DNA from: Eledone cirrhosa | Lineage: Eukaryota | Assembly (NCBI GenBank): GCA_964016885.1 | Contig: OZ024744.1 | Span: 35,836,001-35,900,000, forward strand | Direction: 5' to 3' | Length of the DNA stretch: 64,000 nt | Shown here: piece after piece, positions 36,042 to 50,006 of the stretch | Layout: the number at the start of each line of letters is the position of its first letter | How positions within the stretch are numbered: the stretch's first letter is position 1 | The notes under the pieces: model-generated | Seen by the model: only the letters and a program-made list of their open reading frames with translations | What the model was told of the DNA's origin: nothing | The model's database searches: none | Made by a program: the position numbers and the translations under genes

Positions 36042-38903
36042 TGTATGTATGTTATCTCTTTCTCTTAATTTCGAGTATTTTTTTTTTGACCGGCTACCTT
36101 CCTGGTGGCAAGGTTGTAAAAGAAAAGACATTGTCATCCCTTGAATTGCAAGAATGTTTTGCAAATTTTGAAGGTGCCAGCTATCGCAGCCATTTGTAGA
36201 CTATGAATTAGGGAACTGCGCTTTTTGTCCGCAAATCCAAGTTCAGTCATACTTTGGTCCAAGCGGGTTGGTATATAACCGGTAGCTCCAATAATGATGG
36301 GTATGAAGCTAAAGGTGTATCTTGGATACTGGATTTGTAAACTCCTCATCAATGGTCCGTAGATGTCCTCTTTCTCCTGTAGTAGCGAGATGACATTCTT
36401 TCGCAGCTGGCAACAATGTGGCTTACATCCTCGATCCTTGTTTTACATAGCCTACATTTATTGTCAGCTTCTGGCCCTCCTCTTTTGTGCAGCAGATATT
36501 TGGTAGGGAGTTCTTGTTCCTGTATTGCATAGAGATAACCTTCAAGGTGTGATGTCATAAACTTGTCGGAACTCCATGCCAGGCTTTTTGAGTGGTTTAT
36601 CCCCTCTATGGTCTGTGTTTTACGTCTCATGTATCCGTGCACAACTTTTTCTGTAAATTGGTCAATTTTTTTATCTTGTTTGAACATTGAATAGGATCTT
36701 CCAATTTCTCTGGGTGAGAGATTTATATCAGGATTTATTCCATATCTCTCCTCCAGATCAGTCGCTATTCTAATGATTTTTTTTTCATGCTCATAAACCT
36801 GGGCAAGATGGTTGCCAACCTTTTTCCTCTGTTGAAGGTGTTGCTTCAGTGTTACTATCCGGGTCTCATATGTTGTTAATATTGATTTTAGACCCCGGCC
36901 ACCTTCATTGCGTGAGAAGTATAGCCTATCCACATCACCATTGATGTTAAAGTTCCCAGTAACACTGAGAAGTTTGCGAGTTCTAACATCCATCTCACTT
37001 AGGTCTTGCAATGACCAGTTCAGCAGGCCAAATGTTGGCGTTAGAATTGGCACAGCATAAGTATTGTGGGCAATGTATTTGTTGTACGCTGACAGTTCTG
37101 ATGATCATATTTTCTTTACTCTTCTGAGGTATTCAGTTCTGGTTCTCTCCTTATTTATGGGTCCATCATATCTGACATTCTCATCCTGTCCAAGATATCT
37201 GTAGTCGTCACCTGACTTGTATTGTCAGGCCGTTCATCTCTAGATTTCTAGAGGAGGGCACATCTCTTCCACGTTTTACTGCCAAATATGCACACTTGGA
37301 CTCACCAAATTTCATTTTGATGTCGGTTGAAAATTGTGTAATGAGGTCCAATTGTTTCTTGATGTCATTGATATTTGGCCCATACAACTTCAGGTCATCA
37401 ACAAAGAAAAGATGGGAGATACTTCTGGACCCACTTCTTTGTCCACCTTGTTTCCTGAGTAGGTAAGATAGTGGACTCAGTGAGAGAACGAAGAGTAGCA
37501 CTGACAAGCTATCACCCTGAAAGATGCCCTTCTGGTAATGTATCTTATCAGTCTTAACTTGCTCCTTCTCACCTCTAAGGATCAAATTGGTGTACCAGTT
37601 CTTGGTCAGGCGTTCAACAGCAGCTACCAATGGTTGTGGGACATTAGCTAACTGTAAAGCCTTAATAATCCACCCATGAGGTACACTATCAAATGCTTTT
37701 TGATAGTCCAGCCACACCACAGTCACGTTTCTGCGATTCTTTGTTGTTTTTTCCTGAATCATTTTGTTAGTTAGTAGGTGATCTATGCAACCCCACACCT
37801 CCCTCTTTCCACCAGCTTGCTCAGGTGTTATGATGTTTTTGGTAGCACAGTGATCCTGTAAGAACAGGTTAAGGCACCCATTATATAATTTATACATGAT
37901 GTTTTGGCAGGCTATTGGGCGGTAATTTTTAGCAACGGTGGTTTGGCTATTTTGGGGAATGAGGAGAGTAGTGGCAGTTGATAACCATCTGGGCAATTCT
38001 TGTGTGCCTTTAATGGTTTCTGTAAACAGCCGTATGAAATCTTGCCGATAGAAAGCGAAATTCTTCAACCAGTATCCTGTAATAAGGTCTGGGGCTGGTG
38101 ATTTCCTATTCGACATTTTCTGTAGAGCTGTTTCCAGTATTGATTCATCTATGTCATATTGTTTTGTCTGGACATGTTGGCAGTAGTCCTGTTCCAGTTC
38201 TTTTAGCCAATTAGTTTGTCTGTTGAATACGTCATCCGTTTCCCATACAGATCTCCAGTAGCTCTCAACCTGTTCTTTTGAAGGGGTGTCATTTACAGGG
38301 ATTGAGCTTTTGCCACCGAAGCTGCGATAAACTGATTTAGGATCTCTGGCAAACAATCTATTTAGCACTTGTCGTTTATGTGCTGTTGACTTATATTTTA
38401 GTCTTTCTGTTGTAGCTGTGAGTTGTTGTTTCAACTGGTGTAATTTGGAGTTCAAAGTTTTAAATTTTGTATCTCCAAATCGTCTCTCTACCTTTTCTTT
38501 TAGGTCTTCCTGGTGTCGTGTGAAGTTGCTCTCTATGTTGTATTTCATAACGACTGCGATGTGTGAGATACTTCGTCTCAGGGACAAAATTTTGCTTTTT
38601 AAATTTCGCATCCATGCTGGTTCAGGCCTTCTGTTTGGATCTTGATTGCGTGGTTTTATATGTGTGTTATATGATAGCAATGTGACAGCTGAAACATAAC
38701 AAAATATTAAGCGTTTCAAATGTTGTTTCTACACCTTTAGATCGTATAGCCTTCAGATAATTGCCAGCTATTTCGTTCACCGCTTCCAATTTCAATTTAG
38801 TGGGTTCTTTACTTATTCTGGTGTTGTATGGTCTGTCACTCACATTAAGGCTGTGTATCTCTTGAAACATATCGTTCCATATCACTTGTAAGGTGTCCAC
38901 AAG
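36042..38903 (-). mobile_element. R4/Dong-clade RLE retrotransposon, family Y, 5'-truncated
   Basis: ORFs 37208-38719 (NYRPIAC, WLDYQKAFDSVPH, GIFQGDSLS, FVDDLKLY) and 36349-37053 (CRLC..H..C). Short ACATACATAC tail abuts family X. Confidence 0.9.
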
Positions 38904-39094
38904 TTTTATGTATGTGTGTATGTATGTATTTATATATATATTTATATGTATGTATATACGTATGTATGTATTATGTATGTATATATGTACGTATGTATGT
39001 GTGCATGTATGTATATATGCATGTATGTATGTATGTATGTATGTATGTATGTATGTATGTATGTATGTATGTATGTATGTATGTATGTATGTAT

Positions 39095-39722
39095 GTCAGG
39101 TTACCACTTTATGTCAGGTTACCACTTGGTGCTACTGGTAACACATGTTACCAGTACAACCTGTCTCATGGTCGGGTCGTTGGCGACTAAACTGGCAACC
39201 CCACCAAGGTTTCTTGGTGAGGAGGGTAACTTTGGACATCCTGCAGGACTAAAAACAAAACCTGTCAAAGGGCAAAGGAGCTCTTAAGAGTCAATGGCCA
39301 TCCAAAATCACTGGGAGAGATGACCCCTTAGCCTTTGTCAAGGCAGAATTCTAGGAGAAGGAAAACTCTGATATAACACCTGCAACCCTGATGGTATCCA
39401 ATGATGTTGACTTGTTCTTCTTTTTGGTAAATATCATCTTGGTTAAGAGAGTGGGACTGGCTTTGTGCAGTGCCTTTGCTCACTATAAAAGCTTCACGGC
39501 ACAGGCATTGCTTTATATCTGGAGATCTCTCTGCACTTGTCGTCACATGGTACCAAGGGCAAAGCACTATGTGTCAATAATTGTCACAAGTGTAGTGTTT
39601 GTACCAGAGTTTTCAAGTCGCTGGCTGGACTAAAAAGTCACACTCGTTCAGCGCATCGGTAGGGGTTCTCCTACATGGATATAAAGTAGTGGCCGTACTC
39701 GAAAACGAGTTGGCAGCCACCA
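39095..39722 (+). mobile_element. Non-autonomous bipartite RTE-derived element
   Basis: RTE-like 5' leader (CTAGGAGAAGGAAAACTCTGA) joined to a 3' end that I translate as HKCSVCTRVFKSLAGLKSHTRSAHR* (C2H2 finger typical of RTE C-termini). ACTCG-AAAA-CGAGT hairpin and (ATGT)n tail. Confidence 0.7.
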
Positions 39723-39885
39723 TGTATGTATGTATGTATGTATTTGTGTATGTATGCATGTATGTGTGTATGTATGTATTTATGTATGTGTGTATGTATG
39801 TATGTATGCAAGTATGCATGTATGTGTGTATGTATGTATTTATGTATGTGTGTATGTATGTATGCATTTATATGTATGAATTTAT

Positions 39886-40510
39886 GTCGGGTCACTCTTG
39901 AGTGCTACTGGTAACATGTAACCCAGTAGAACCTGTTGCATGGTCGGGTCGTCGGCGACTAAACCGGCAACCCCACCAACTTTACTTGGTGACGAGGGTG
40001 ATTTTGGACACCCTGCAGGGCAAAAAACAAACCCTGACAAAGGGCGGAAGAACTCATAAGAGTCAACGGCCATCCAAATGTGTGTAAATATGTATATACA
40101 CATGTACATATGTATGTATATGTATATGTGTATATGCACGGGTGCATGTGTATGTATATGCGCGGGGACATAGAAATAGTCGGGCTGGACACCCGATCGC
40201 GCGGTTAAACCACTGGGAGTGAAGGACCCCTAGCCTTTGTCAGGGCATTCTTCTAGGAGAAGACAACTCAGGAAACTTGTAAAACTCCGATATAAAACCT
40301 GTGACTCAGTAGTTACCGATGATGTTGATCTTTTCTTCTTTTCAGGTTATAGCTACTGTCGCTCAGAGAGTGGGATTGGCTCAGTGCACAGTCTTTCCTC
40401 ACTTTAAAAAATATCTTCACGCACAGACATTGCACGATAGAATTAATTAATAATTATTAATAATGGTATATCGTGCAATGGCCATACTCGATAACCAGGG
40501 CGCAGCCATC
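39886..40510 (+). mobile_element. Related non-autonomous RTE-derived element, second subfamily
   Basis: Collinear homology to 39095-39500 and a GGCCATACTCG..CAGCCA 3' end. Lacks the zinc-finger remnant. Confidence 0.65.
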
Positions 40511-40609
40511 GTGCATTTATATATATATATGTATGAATATACGTATGTATGTATTATGTATATACGTACCTATGTATGTATCCATGTATGTATTATGTAT
40601 ATATATGTA

Positions 40610-41036
40610 TGTATGTATGTATGTTCTTCTGGTTTTATAATTTCACAAAGTTTTACCAATAGAGAGAGAGAGTCGGTTTCTAACATAGACACAAGACTCT
40701 CTTATTGGAATTTACACATCAACTTGGTAGATATGTATGTATGTCTGCATGCATGTATAGATATGGATGTTATTGTATGTGTGGATGTGGATGTTTTGAG
40801 TTGTATGTGTGCATGTGTATATGCTTAGTATCTGTACATGTGTATATGCAGTTATTAGATGCAACATTTTTGGAATGTTTTACAAATTCTTTTACTGTTC
40901 CATTAATGGATTGTATTTGTAATTTCCTAACTAGTTGTGTTCTTTCTGTTCCTGTGAAGCCTAGCTTCTCAAGATTTGTATTGAGGCAGTTACTAACATA
41001 TCCCAGTGACCCAATAACCACAGGCATAAATCTGAA
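40610..41036 (-). mobile_element. R4/Dong family X, short 3' fragment flanked by (TATG)n
   Basis: Matches 33567-33965 and the reverse complement of 47275-47690. Confidence 0.85.
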
Positions 41037-41159
41037 TATGTATGTGCGTATGTATGTATTTATGTATGTATGTATTTATATATATATGTATATATACCTA
41101 TGTATGTATTATGTATGTATGTATATGCGTATAATTTTTTAATTGCAGTGTAGTTAACC

Positions 41160-41500
41160 CAGAGGATAACAGGGGAGATTCGCCGAAAGAACCAGTACAA
41201 AACTCATGGGACTCATTCTAGCTAGTGGCCAAAATCGATTCGATAGCAGTAAGTAGGGAAGTTGTTCGATGACCCGGGACGCAAGAAATTTCTATCTAAA
41301 TACGTTAAATGATAAACAGCAGACTTGTCAACTCTCCCCGTCCGACTGGGAGATCTCCCACCCACTTTGGGGTGAGTGAGAGATGTCGTCTCTAGTGAAA
41401 ATGGGTAAATTTTCATTATGTAAAATCTCCCACGGTTTGGGCCACTTTTTTCCATTGTACTCTCTTTTTAGGTTTGCATATCTGAAGCAGTAATTAATGA
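41160..41500 (-). repeat. Unclassified dispersed repeat, inverted homolog of about 49048-49400
   Basis: Shared core TATAATGAAAA..TACCCATTTTCAC..GAGA.GACATCTCTCAC.CACCCCAAAGTGGG. Confidence 0.6.
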
Positions 41501-41779
41501 TTTCTAATTTAGGCACAAGATGAGCAATTTATGGGGATGGGATGTCAATTATCTGTACCCGTACTTGATCTCGGTGGGATCAATGATTGAAGCCAGTAAA
41601 AAATAATAAAATAAATAGTAGATTAAACACCTTTCATCCTAGTTTCTGTTCCGATAACAGAAATAACAAATTTTGTTTAATCATCCATTTTTTTTCCAAT
41701 GCACTCTACATTTCATCATAAATAGAATAATCGAAATCTGCTCTGGAAAATATTGGATTTCTTAGTTAATGCACTCTGG

Positions 41780-43710
41780 TAACACCTGAAGAAGCTGGTG
41801 GAAAGAAAGAGGTGTGGAGCTGCATAGATCACCTACTAGGCTTTTGATAGTATACCTCATGGGTGAATTATTAAGTCTTTACAGTTAGCCGAAGTCAAAC
41901 AACTACTAGCAGCTGCTGTTGAACGTCTGACCAATTTGTTCCTTAGGGGTGAGAAGGAGCAAATTAAGACTGATACAATACACTACCAGAAAGGCATCTT
42001 TCAGGGTGATAGTTTATCAGTACTGCTCTTCGTCCTCACACTAAATCCACTATCACACCTGCTCACAAAACAAAGTAGTCATAGAAGTAGGCCCAGAAGT
42101 ATCTCCCACCATTTCTTTGTTGATGACCTGAAGTTGTATGGGCCAAATATCAATTATATTAAAAGCAATTGAACCTCATTACACAATTTTCTTCAAACAT
42201 CGGAATGAAATTTCATAAGTCCAAATGTGCATATTTGACAGTAAAACGTGGAAGGGTTGTTCCTTCTTCTGGAGATCTAGAGATGAACGGCTTGACAATA
42301 CAACCTCTACAGTCAGGTGACAGCTACAGATATCTTGGACAGGATGAGAATGTCAGATATGATGAACCCATAAATAAGAAGAGAACCAGAACTGAATACC
42401 TCAGGAGAGTAAAGAAAATATGGTCATCAGAAATATCAGCGTACAACAAATAATTGCCCACAATAATTATGCTGTGCCAATCCTAACGCCAACATTTGGT
42501 CTGCTGAACTGTCCATTGTAAGAACTAAGTGAGATGGATGTAAGAACTCACAAGCTTCTCAGTATTACTGGAAACTTTAACATCAATCGTGATGTGGATA
42601 GGCTATACTTCTCACACCGGGGTCTAAAATCCATATTAACATCATACGAGACCCGAATAATAACATTGAACAACATCTTCAACAGAAAGAGGTCAGCAAC
42701 CATCTTACCCAGGTCTATGAGACTGAAGGAAATAATATCATTAGGATAGCCACTGATCTGGAGGAGAGATATGGAGTAAGGCCTGATACAAATCTCTCTC
42801 CCAGGGAAATTGGAAGATCCTATTCAATTCTCGAAAAAGATGTAAAAATGGATCAATTTACCCAGGAAGTTGTGCATGAGACGAAAAACACATACCACAG
42901 AGGGGATAAATCATTCAAAAAGCCTGGTATGGAGTTCCGACAAGTTTATGACATCCCACCTTGAAGGTTATCTCTATGCAATACAGGAACAGGAAATCCC
43001 TACCAAATATCTGCTACAAAAAAGAGGAGGGCCATCAGTCGACAATAAATGTAGGCTATGTAAAATAAAGATCGAGGATGTAAGCCACATTGTTGCCAAC
43101 TGTGAAAGAATGTCGTCTCGTTACTACCTCCCTATGAGGCACGATGTGATAGCTAGAACCTTCTGGAATACACTGAGGAAAACAACATTAAAAACAAATG
43201 AGGAGGAATATGTTGAGATAGATGGCACTAAGGAATACTGGTGGAACCTTAAAATAGAAACTGCCACCAAATTTTATGCACAACCGCCTGATATTGTTGT
43301 TTGGGACCACACATTGAAAACGTGTTCTATTGTAGAGAACAGCTACTCACTTGAAGTTAATGTTGTAAGAAAAAGGGGGAGGACATCTACGGACAATTGA
43401 TGATGAGTTTGCAGATCCAATATCCAAGATACAACTTCAGCTTCTAACATCATTATTGGAGCTACGGGTTATATACCAACACACTTGCATAAAGTATAAC
43501 TGAACTTGGATTTGTGGACAAAGAACGCAGCTCCCTAATACATAGAATACAAATGCCTACGAAAGCTAGCTCCTTCAAAATTTCCAAAACATTTTTGAGA
43601 TTCAAGGGATGACAATTGCTTTTCTTTTACAACCTTGCCACCAGGAAGGTGGCCGGTCAAAAATGTACTCAAAATAAAGAGAAAGAGATAACATACATAC
43701 ATACATACAT
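41780..43710 (+). mobile_element. R4/Dong family Y, 5'-truncated and decayed
   Basis: ORFs 41936, 42169, 42534 and 42870 are homologous to 36053-37830. (ACAT)n tail at 43691-43710. Confidence 0.88.
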
Positions 43711-46700
43711 ATTTATTCTTCTAACTATCCCTTCTGAAGACACCTTTTATTCGAATTCGTAGAGATATCCGACTAAATAGATAATTCATTTTCCAAGGAT
43801 TTGCTACAAAAAGGATGGCTGAACACAACATCAACAAAAAAGTTAAGGAAGTATCGAAGACAAACAACAAGGAAGGTAATCAAACTTTATTCAGTTGAAG
43901 AAACCGAAATTATAAATCGCATTTCTCTTGGGGTTGCGAACTTAATGATTTATTTAATTGTTATAAAATGGCAAAAAACAATCCCTCCATTTGGCTATAT
44001 GAATAGAATTAAGCTACACTGGGACGAAATGCACCCAGAGCTAAATTATTTCACAGCGAAACAATTACACCAACAAGCGACGTTTGTTGAACGTAAAAAT
44101 AAGATAAATATTATTAATTGTAAGTCCCCCACAACAAACATATTATCAACAACACGTGCTACAGGTCGCCATGCTACTAGACTTCCTAGCGGCCAGGTCG
44201 AACAGCGCCTTGAAACAACTATGCCTGTAAGAAACTTGACACCACCTGTACCATCTAAGTCTACCTCGAATGCTGGGGAAAACACTTTCGATAATAATAA
44301 TAATCGAAGAAATTTGACACCACGTGTACCATCCGAGTCTACCTCGACTATTGTGGAAAATACTATCGATAATGATAATAATCAAAAGTATAAACAATTG
44401 AAAATTTCCCTCAATGAAATCTTCCAGAGAAAAATTAACTCATGTATAAATATCTCTCTTGCTGAACGTGTTAAAACGACAATGGTGAATAAAAAAACCA
44501 AATAATGAAATATTACGTGTTATTGACGAAATAGGGGATGAATATTTACGACGGATAAAAACCCCAACATTTTGGCAAATCAACGCCTGTTTATATGTCT
44601 TAGCAATGACAGTGAAGCATTATCTTGGTGATAGCAGAGATATTAACAAGAACAAAACACCACCACAAATACCATCATATATAACTAAAATAGGAAAAAA
44701 GATTGCTGACCTATGAAAAAACATAGGATATGTGACAATTCTCCTTACATGCAAACAAACACAAAAAAACCCCACTCCTCACCAACAAAGAGTGAAAAAT
44801 AAAATAGAGACGATGTTTGGTAACAGTAGAACCAGAACTCTCCAATATAAGCTGATCACCCTCAAACAAGAATTGAGAGCTGTTAGCGAAAAACGCCGAT
44901 ACCTGAAGAAGGTAGATGAGACAAAAATGCTTAATAAAAGATTCAGACGAAACCAAACATCAGTCAATAGAGATATCAAGGGCAAAATAATAAGTCTCAC
45001 TGAGGCCCCATCCCAGAAAGACATAGATTCCTTTTGGAGCAAAATATAGGGTGAAAAGAAGAATTTCAACCAAGATGCAGTGTGGCTAAGAGAAATCCGA
45101 AAAAACTATTGCTCCTACACTACAACAAAAACATACGAAATAAGTGAGGGTACCCTTGAGACTGTGATAGGAAAACTCCAAGATAAGAAAACACCAGGAA
45201 GAGACATGATTGTCGGCTACTGGTACAAAAAACTGATATTCTATCGGAGGTATCTTACTGACCTCTACCAACAAGTTCTTAAGGGAGATACACTTATACC
45301 AGAACGGTTGATATTAGCACAAACATTATTGGTCCCCAAGAACAAAGACACCCACTTGGTGCCAGAACCTGATGTATAAGATGTATACAGCCTGCCTGAA
45401 CCTATTCCTCCAAGATCACTGTGAAAATAATAACATCATCACAGATGAACAAACAGCTGGAAAGAAAGGGGTTTGGGGATGTGCTGAACAACTCCTAATC
45501 AACAAAACTGCGATGTCGGAGGTGCGACAACTTAGGAGGAATTTGACTACAGTCTGGCTGGACTACAGGAAAGCTTTCGATTCTGTTCCCCACTTTTGGA
45601 TGATAGAGGCCCTCCAACTTGCTAAAGTCCCAGACATTATTGTCAGAGCCATAGAGAGGCTGTCTTCTTCTTGGACTACTATCCTAAGGTTAAAGACAGA
45701 GAGGGAGGTCTCTATTTTCACTAATAAAATAAAATATTGCAGGGGTATATTTCAGGGGGTCAGTTTCTCTGTGATATTATTCATCTTGTTATAAAGCCCC
45801 TTGTCTTTTCTGCTCAACAAATGTGAGGGATACATCATTGGCTCACAGGGGGACAGAAATACGAACCTAACCCATAATTTCTTTGTGGACGATCTGAAAC
45901 TCTATGCCAGGAACATGGATGGGATGAAGAAAAATCTTGACCTGGTTACAACGTTCTCAAAGGAATGGAGTTTGGCCAAGATAAATGCTCATATATGACT
46001 GTGAATCGGGGAAAAACAACAACTCGATCTAGCCACATTGTCATCAATGACCTAACTGTTTCACCGATATCTGATGAGGACTGCTACAGAAACTTGGGGA
46101 TAGATGAGAACATATCCTATAATGGTATCTGTAATAAAGAACGCGTAACCAGGGAATACTACACCCGATTAAGAAAGATCTGGTCATCGGAACTCTCTGC
46201 GCAAAACAAAACAGTGGCTCACAATGTGTTTGCTGTGCCTGTCCTAACACCAACGTTTGGAATACTCAATTGGACGCTAGACGAATTCCGTGCAGTTGAT
46301 GTTGGAACTCGAAAAATACTAAACAACACCGGAAACTTCCACATCAACAGTGACATAGACCGCCTTTAATTGAAACTTAAGCAGGGAGGCAGAGGCCTAA
46401 CATCAGTCCAGACCAACATTTGAATGTCGCATCATATTTCTCCGACAACATCTACGAACCTCGAAGCGTAGGAGCCCGTTTCTCGAGCAAGTCTATCTGC
46501 ATGAAGCAGATAAGATAATGTGAGTTGGGAAGGAACTCCTTGAGAGATATTCCCTGTGTGATAATCAAAAACTCACACCCAGGGATGTCGCTCAGCAGTA
46601 TCGCAGTGAATCAATGGATGAAAAACTGCATCCTTATCAGCAATAAATCATGCATGGATACGTTGCCAGGAAGCTCCAGAATGAGAGTAATATAGATAAG

Positions 46701-47752
46701 GAAAGTAGTCTATCTTGGACCAACAACCGCTATATTGGCTCGCACTTTGAAGGATACACTTTTGCAATCCAGGAACAGGAGATTAGCACGAAATACCTGA
46801 TTCACAAAAGAGATAGGGATGCAGGCAAAACACCTAGATGTGATAATATCTAGGTGTTTTGCCTGCAGACTATGCAAAACTAACATCGAGGATATCACCC
46901 ATGTCATCAGCAGCTGTCCAAAGATGTCATCGCGGTACTATCTACCTATGAGGCATGATGTAGTGGCCAAAACACTGTACAATGCAGTTCGTAAAAAAGT
47001 TAGCCCCGATAATAAACACATTAAAAGCTACAGCAATGTGGAAGATATCCATGTACATAATATGAAAGAGTACTGGTGGAATGTTCCAGTAAAAGCCCCA
47101 ATAAAATGCAAGTATAACAGACCAGATGTTATGATATGGGGCAGGGAGAAGAAAGCATGCACAGTAGTGGAAATTAGCTGCCCAACAGATGCCAATATAA
47201 TATCAAAGATTAGCGAAAAGGAGAATATTTATGCAGAACTGATGAGAAATCTGCAGATACTCCACCCTGATTACACCTTCAGATTTATGGCTGTGATTAT
47301 TGGGACACTGGGGTATGTTAGTAACTGTCTCATTACAAATCTTGAGAAGCTAGGCTTCACAGGAACAGAAAGAACACAACTAGTTAGGAAATTACAAGTA
47401 CAATCCATTAATGGAACAGTAAAATTATGTAAGACATTCCAAAATTTTGCATCTAATAACTGCATATACACATATACAGATGCAAAGCATATACACATGC
47501 ACACATACAACTCAAAACATCCACATCCACACACACAATAACATCCATATCTACACATGCATGCAGACATATATACCTAGTTGGTGTTGTGTAAATTCCA
47601 ATGAGAAAGTATTGTGTCTATGTTAGAAACCGACTCTCTCTCTATTGGTAAAACTTTGTGAAATTATAAAACCAGAAAAACATACATACATACATACATG
47701 CATGCATAAATACATACATGCATACATACATACATACGTACATACATACATA
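43711..47752 (+). mobile_element. R4/Dong family X, probably full-length but disrupted
   Basis: N-terminal GYMNRIKLHWDEMHP..KQL..Q, RT (WLDYRKAFDSVPH, RGIFQG, FVDDLKLYA), CCHC and RPDVMIW..VVEISCP RLE motifs. (CATA)n on both sides. Confidence 0.9.
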
Positions 47753-48140
47753 CATGGTGGCTGCCAACTCGTTTTCGAGTACGGCCACTACTTTATATCC
47801 ATGCAGGAGAACCCCTACCGATGCGCTGAACGAGTGTGACTTTTTAGTCCAGCCAGCAACTTGAAAACTCTGGTACAAACACTACACCTGTGACAATTAT
47901 TGACACACAGTGCTGGGCCCATGGTACCATGTGATGACAAGTGCAGAGAGATCTCCAGATATAAAGCAATGCCTATGCCGTGAAGCTTTTATAGTGAGCA
48001 AAGGCACTGCACAAAGCCAGTCCCACTCTCTTAACCAAGATAATATTTACCAAAAAGAAGAACAAGTCAACATCATTGGATACCATCAGGGTTGCAGGTG
48101 TTATATCAGAGTTTTCCTTCTCCTAGAATTCTGCCTTGAC
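47753..48140 (-). mobile_element. 5'-truncated copy of the bipartite RTE-derived element
   Basis: Reverse complement of 39315-39722. Embedded in (CATA)n. Confidence 0.75.
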
Positions 48141-49429
48141 AAAGGCTAAGGGGTCATCTCACATACATACATACATACACACATACATACATACACACAT
48201 AAATACATACATACATACATACATACACGCATAAATACATACATACATACATACACACATAAATACATACATACATACATATACACAACAGTTTGGTATA
48301 AATAGTGTACATTGTGTTGCATTAGTTAAAATATACGAATGTAAAAAGTTGCACAAGGATCCATAAACAAAAGACAAAAAGCAAACATAAAAGACAATAA
48401 AGTCCGGATGTGAAACGAACTCTTTAACCAAGCAGCCTTGCCTGCACCATGTGCAACTTTTTACACATATACGCTGGCAAACACACACACACCCACACAC
48501 ACACATACATACACACACACACACACTAACACACACACACACACATTGATTAATAATTAGATAAGTATATGATTATTTAATTATAAAACGAAAGGATGGA
48601 TGCCAAGATGAGCCAAATTTTCGCTTGTATTCTTTGTTTCGTTTTATTCTAATGACACCGTTAAATGTAGAGGAAAAACCGAAACTATTAACGCTATATC
48701 GATTTGTTTAAACTCATATCCATGAGATACTAAAACAGCTTATGATCCCACTAAATATACTTTTAAAAGGTTCGCTATTCTTCGACTGGTTTTAGTCATT
48801 GAACTGAGACTAGGCTGGGGCTCGACCTTCAAGCATATAGTCAATTTAATCAAATCGCCTACTTGAAAATTCGTGTACATTTCATTAACCCTGGAAAGAC
48901 AAAATGGCAAAGCTTACCCCGGCAGAATTTGAACTCATAATATCATACATAAATATGACGCTTTAATGATTCTGCTAATTTAATTAATTTTCATTTTAAT
49001 TCAATTCTTTATCTTAGATATATTAAAATATTATTAATTAAATTTTACTAAGTAAGGATCAACGATATAACCACAGATCTGCCTACCTCTAAAATCCCAA
49101 ACGGGGAGTACCATAAAAAAAAAATGCCCCAAAACGGGTAGAAATGAGATAAAATGGCGAATTTTATATAATGAAAACTATACCCATTTTCACAGGAGAA
49201 GACATCTCTCACCCACCCCAAAGTGGGCGCAGAAGATTTCCCTATTGGACAGGGATACTTGACAGGTCTGCAACCAGCGTCAACAATAAGGCGGAGCGAG
49301 ACGGAGATGACATAAAACAAATTTATGAATCAAATAAAATAAACATAATTAAATAGCTAGATACCCCCCCGGAAAATATAACAGAGTTCATCAGATATTT
49401 TAGAGAGACTTATTTTACTCATCTACTGG

Positions 49430-49618
49430 GACGGTGGATTGGCAGTATCGGTAGAGGGTCGGACGACATGCTTTGACGCATAGAGTTACGGCCCTTGCCA
49501 TTCTGAGTTCAAATCTCGCCGAGGTTAACTTTGCCTTTCATCCTTACGGGGTTGATAAAATAAAGTACCAGTAATGTACTGGTTGATTGCTGGCCTTGTG
49601 CCAAAAGTAGAAACAATT
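49430..49618 (+). mobile_element. tRNA-derived SINE
   Basis: A/B boxes TGGCAGTATCGG and GAGTTCAAATC. Same family as 7827. Confidence 0.85.
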
Positions 49619-49688
49619 AATTTGATTGAAACGGGGAGTGGCGGAAACAGCAGAACACAGAGATAAAGACATTGGCAGATAGTGTAGA

Positions 49689-49762
49689 GCTATTGCTGTT
49701 GCTGTTGCTGCTGTTGCTGCTGTTGCTGCTGTTGCTGCTGTTGCTGCTGTTGCTGCTGTTGC

Positions 49763-49818
<56 letters not shown>

Positions 49819-49879
49819 TTGCTGTTGGTGTGGCTGTTGCTGTTGCTATTGCTGCTGTTGCTGTTGCTGTGGCTGTTGC

Positions 49880-49927
<48 letters not shown>

Positions 49928-49942
49928 GGCTGTTGCTGTTGC

Positions 49943-49981
<39 letters not shown>

Positions 49982-50006
49982 GGCTGTTGCTGTTGCTGTT
50001 GCTGCT
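49689..50006. repeat. Compound (GCT/GTT)n trinucleotide repeat
   Basis: Read directly. Confidence 0.95.

Noticed and set aside
39115-39200. HDV-like ribozyme at the RTE-derivative 5' end
   Set aside because: P2, P4 and J4/2-like pieces exist, but I could not find a P1 pairing or a canonical L3. Kept only as an unclassified structure.
33541-48285. One large inverted duplication or giant TIR element
   Set aside because: The mirrored copies differ in truncation points, internal deletions and order, which fits independent insertions better.
49430-49525. tRNA gene
   Set aside because: A/B boxes are present but there is no cloverleaf, and the sequence continues into a multi-copy SINE body.
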